A stretch of DNA of 64,000 nucleotides, taken from NCBI GenBank assembly GCA_951812955.1, contig OX638340.1, positions 768,001-832,000 on the forward strand, given 5' to 3'. This document shows positions 61,477 to 64,000 of this stretch, piece after piece (the stretch's first letter is position 1; the number at the start of each line of letters is the position of its first letter). Position numbers and translations under genes: made by a program. This DNA is from an uncultured Gemmatimonadota bacterium (lineage in GTDB: Bacteria; JAAXHH01). The notes under the pieces were generated by a model, which saw only the letters and a program-made list of their open reading frames with translations, was not told the DNA's origin and ran no database searches.

Positions 61477-62433
61477 TCAGGGCCGGTAATGGTAGAAAGC
61501 GAGTTCTTCGTACTCCACGTTACTTTTAAGCGTCAGTCTGTGCGGGCTCGACACCCGGCTGATGATCTCTTTGTCCGCCAGCCATTCGCATACCGTCGTC
61601 ACGCCCCGGAGATTCATCTGGTTATCGAAGTATGTTTCGATTTCCGTGACCGAGCGGACCGAACCCTCCTCCGCCAGGTAATCGAGTATGGGCTGGAACA
61701 TTACAGGAATGCGCTCTTCCAGGTACGCCTCGATGCGCGTGAGGGCGCCGGCGATCGCTTCGCTGGAAACAGGCTGGTCGATCAGGCGGGTGTATACGGC
61801 ATCGAAAAAGTCCGGATTCAACCGAAGCGCCTGTTGGATGACTTCACGGCTGGCCAGTTGACTGTCGAGAAACACCTCAATCTTTGCCAGTCCGTTCACA
61901 CAGTGCAATATGTAAAGGAAACTGTAGTGAAGATCCTCCTTCACGTGAAACCACTTCTCGGCTTTGTACAGGGTAGGTATCACGAAAGCGCCGGCATGCA
62001 TGAGCTGCACCTGCCGGTCTCTCTCCTTAAGTTCCCCGATACCCTCGTACAGTTCGCGAATGGTTTCGTCCCGGGTAAACAGCAGGCGGCTTTCCGCGAA
62101 CGAGGCATGCATGAAGGAGCTTTGCAGGCCCCCTTCTATCATTTTCCTGAACGCGGAACGGGGCTGCATGAACACGTGAATGTATACGTCGTGTTCCAGG
62201 AGTGCCGCGCCTTCCGAGACCTCGTCGTCGTCCCTGCCTTCCTTGCGAAAAAGGTCCTTGTCGTCTCGTGTTACGACGATCAGGTCGATATCGGATTTCT
62301 CCCAGACACGGTCGGCGGAAAGGCTACCGAACAGAATCGCCGCAAGCACGTGGCGGTCCTGTTTCGCCTTCGCGACAAAGGCGTCGAGAGCTGCCTCGAA
62401 CCGCTGCTGTATAGACTGTGATGTGTTTTCCAT
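61477..62433 (-). CDS. Pol-beta-superfamily nucleotidyltransferase with a C-terminal helical domain (ANT/KNTase-like layout)
   Basis: The NTase motif is LFGSLSADRVWEKSDIDLIVV (hG[GS]...DxD), followed by a roughly 200 aa helical domain. It ends 30 bp upstream of uvrA on the same strand. The track start is 62481; the start MENTSQ at 62433 is also possible. Confidence 0.6.
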   Translation of the reverse strand: MENTSQSIQQRFEAALDAFVAKAKQDRHVLAAILFGSLSADRVWEKSDIDLIVVTRDDKDLFRKEGRDDDEVSEGAALLEHDVYIHVFMQPRSAFRKMIEGGLQSSFMHASFAESRLLFTRDETIRELYEGIGELKERDRQVQLMHAGAFVIPTLYKAEKWFHVKEDLHYSFLYILHCVNGLAKIEVFLDSQLASREVIQQALRLNPDFFDAVYTRLIDQPVSSEAIAGALTRIEAYLEERIPVMFQPILDYLAEEGSVRSVTEIETYFDNQMNLRGVTTVCEWLADKEIISRVSSPHRLTLKSNVEYEELAFYHYRP

Positions 62434-62485
62434 CGAGGTATCCCGCCAGCCGAACAATTCTACCGCCCGGCCGTTTGACATGAGC

Positions 62486-62498
62486 GGTTAAATTAACC
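62486..62498. promoter_or_regulatory. Perfect palindrome GGTTAA-a-TTAACC upstream of the NTase-uvrA-polB gene string; candidate operator
   Basis: I read it directly from the sequence at 62486-62498, in the divergent region between the NTase gene and the globin-ankyrin gene. Confidence 0.3.
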
Positions 62499-62763
62499 AT
62501 TTGGACGTGACGGGTCAACGCGCAAATACCTTGCTGAACGCCCTGCACGCCTCGGTTGGAGGCATGTCGACCGGGTTCAGTCCGTATCGAATTTGACGCC
62601 CGGTTCCGGCCGCTGTGTGCTACCGCAAGGTGGTTTCAGACCCCGATATTCCTTGAATTGCTCCACTAGATCGATCAAAATGGGTATAGATTCCCGATCC
62701 GATTCCTTGGCCGTGTCATTTCCGGACAAGTAGCCTGAGGTACCGAACCGTGAGGATGGTTCC

Positions 62764-64000
62764 GTGACCTTCACGCCCAATGGACCGCATTCTTCCGCCG
62801 TGCATGCCGTTCTGCGCCATCGGGGCGGCCTCGCCCCGGAGCTGAGGCCCGATCCGACGCTCTTCCAACGAGTCGGGGGCCGATCCGTGATCGCGAAGGT
62901 AATCGACGGGCTGTACGACCGGATCGAAGTAGATTCCGACCTGCGTCCGATGTTTACCCGGACATTGGCTCCGGAACGTATGAAACAGAAAGCCTTCCTC
63001 GAAGAATGGATGGGAGAAGAACCGGGCTATACCCATCATCACGCCTACGGCGGAATCAAAAACCGCCACGGGCATATTCACATCACGCCGGAATCCGCGG
63101 AACGGTGGCTGGCGCACATGACCGATGCGTTGCTCGAGCATGTGAGGGATGACCGGCTCGTGAACGAAGCGCTGGCCACCCTCGGTCCCCTCGCCCGCGG
63201 ACTCGTCAACGAGAAGAAGCCACCAGAAAGCCCCGGACAACTCAGATGCTTCAGGGAAAAACGATGGAGACAGCCGGCCAAAATGGCGGCCAGGGGACAG
63301 ATGGAAGCACTCGAGAACTTTCTCGAGGAGGATTCCACGGTATTGGGCGATCCTCGTCACAGCGCAATCATCCTCGCGGAAGCGGCGCTGAGGGGCCATA
63401 CGCGGGTCGCGGCCCTGCTGCTTGACCGGGGGGTGGACGTAAACATACCATCTGCCCATTCGAGCGATATCATGATGACCGCCTATTGTGCCGCGCGAAG
63501 CAAGAGAAAAGACGAAACGGCCGGTTACCTGGCGGACCGCGGCGCGGTGTACGATGTCTTCAGCGCCTGTTTTCTCGGAGACATGGACCGGGTTGCCGTC
63601 CTGCTCGAAGCCCATCCCGGCCTGGTCAACGCAAGCGACCCCGCCTGCGACCTGTTGCCCGTGACCCCGTTGCACCATGCCGTGTACGGCGGCCATGAAC
63701 CCGTCGCCAGGTTCCTCTTTGAACGTGGCGCGGAGACCGGCGTGAACAGCACAGCCCTGTTGAAATACGCGGCGGAACGGGGACAGGCGAGCCTGGTCCG
63801 GTTGTTGCTGGCACACGGGGCGGATGCTTCGAGGATCGGTTGCGGCCGCTGGGTCGTCGATCCCGAGATCTCCGCGCTCCTGCTCGCCCGCGGCGCGGAC
63901 GTGAACTATCCCGATGGGAATTGGGTCTGGACGGCATGCACGGGAAACAACAGCCAGCGGGACGACCCCGCCTACGTGCAGGCACTGCTGGACAAGGGGG
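62764..64000 (+). CDS. Truncated hemoglobin (2/2 Hb, Bac_globin) fused to ankyrin repeats; C-terminus lies beyond the window end
   Basis: My own translation from GTG 62764 (GAGGA 7 nt upstream, in-frame TAG at 62731) gives ...LFQRVGGRSVIAKVIDGLYDRIEVDSDLRPMF...HAYGGIKNRHGHIHITPESAERWLAHMTDALLEH, which fits the trHb pattern. Then come the ankyrin repeats TPLHHAVYGGHEPVARFLFERGAET, LLLAHGADAS and LLLARGADVN. It is not in the ORF track because there is no in-window stop. Confidence 0.7.
   Translation, partial: MTFTPNGPHSSAVHAVLRHRGGLAPELRPDPTLFQRVGGRSVIAKVIDGLYDRIEVDSDLRPMFTRTLAPERMKQKAFLEEWMGEEPGYTHHHAYGGIKNRHGHIHITPESAERWLAHMTDALLEHVRDDRLVNEALATLGPLARGLVNEKKPPESPGQLRCFREKRWRQPAKMAARGQMEALENFLEEDSTVLGDPRHSAIILAEAALRGHTRVAALLLDRGVDVNIPSAHSSDIMMTAYCAARSKRKDETAGYLADRGAVYDVFSACFLGDMDRVAVLLEAHPGLVNASDPACDLLPVTPLHHAVYGGHEPVARFLFERGAETGVNSTALLKYAAERGQASLVRLLLAHGADASRIGCGRWVVDPEISALLLARGADVNYPDGNWVWTACTGNNSQRDDPAYVQALLDKG

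Noticed and set aside
61477-62433. NTase considered as a CBASS CD-NTase
   Set aside because: There are no adjacent effector, Cap2/Cap3 or HORMA/TRIP13 genes. The layout, an NTase plus a KNTase-like helical domain, fits ANT/Lnu-type enzymes better. This cannot be settled without a profile search.
62716-63816. 366 aa minus-strand ORF in the track
   Set aside because: It is antisense to the well-supported plus-strand globin-ankyrin ORF. It is Arg/Gly-rich with no motifs, which is typical of high-GC shadow ORFs.

Overview
This is a 64 kb chromosomal segment from a high-GC (about 65%) Gram-negative bacterium. It is densely packed with housekeeping, sugar-acid, small-molecule detoxification and DNA-repair genes. 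I found no transposase, integrase, phage gene or CRISPR array. All protein assignments below rest on motifs read by eye from the ORF-track translations or my own translations; no database search was possible.

Gene content, left to right:
- A low-GC M48 metallopeptidase gene that runs off the left edge.
- A signal-less sulfatase, two PLP-dependent enzymes (one serine/threonine-dehydratase-like, one alanine-racemase-fold) and a SnoaL-like gene.
- A UvrD-like SF1 helicase with an N-terminal DUF559/Vsr-like nuclease domain.
- galM, two SDR oxidoreductases, a Tat-exported molybdopterin oxidoreductase, rfbB, a GT2 glycosyltransferase and uppP.
- Two proteins with a C-terminal UVR domain; one is a DUF151 'bifunctional nuclease' fold.
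- A uxuA / enolase-superfamily / cupin sugar-acid set.
- A lipoprotein, a membrane protein and smpB in one overlapping operon, followed by tRNA-Leu(CAG) with a consensus promoter and a terminator.
- A MacAB-like ABC efflux system.
- Two class-V aminotransferases (one with a Tat signal), a PfkB kinase, Gfo/Idh/MocA dehydrogenases, an Ldh_2 dehydrogenase, an HpcH aldolase and a DUF481 outer-membrane protein.
- A cluster of VOC/glyoxalase paralogs, a DinB-like gene and a PhyH dioxygenase.
- A BNR propeller protein translationally coupled to a MoaD/CysO-like protein ending in GG.
- An ECF sigma factor with a long C-terminal ankyrin-repeat extension.
- A co-directional DNA-damage locus: nucleotidyltransferase, uvrA, polB (overlapping uvrA), ydeI-like, VOC and alkA.
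- A truncated-hemoglobin / ankyrin fusion that runs off the right edge.

Other notable points:
- Two genes look disrupted: a methyltransferase with tandem in-frame TGA TGA codons, and a two-domain VOC gene with a +1 frameshift in a CCC run.
- Several promoter regions carry short tandem direct repeats.
- Two AT-rich islands sit in intergenic regions.

Because GC3 is high, many long overlapping and antisense ORFs in the track are spurious.
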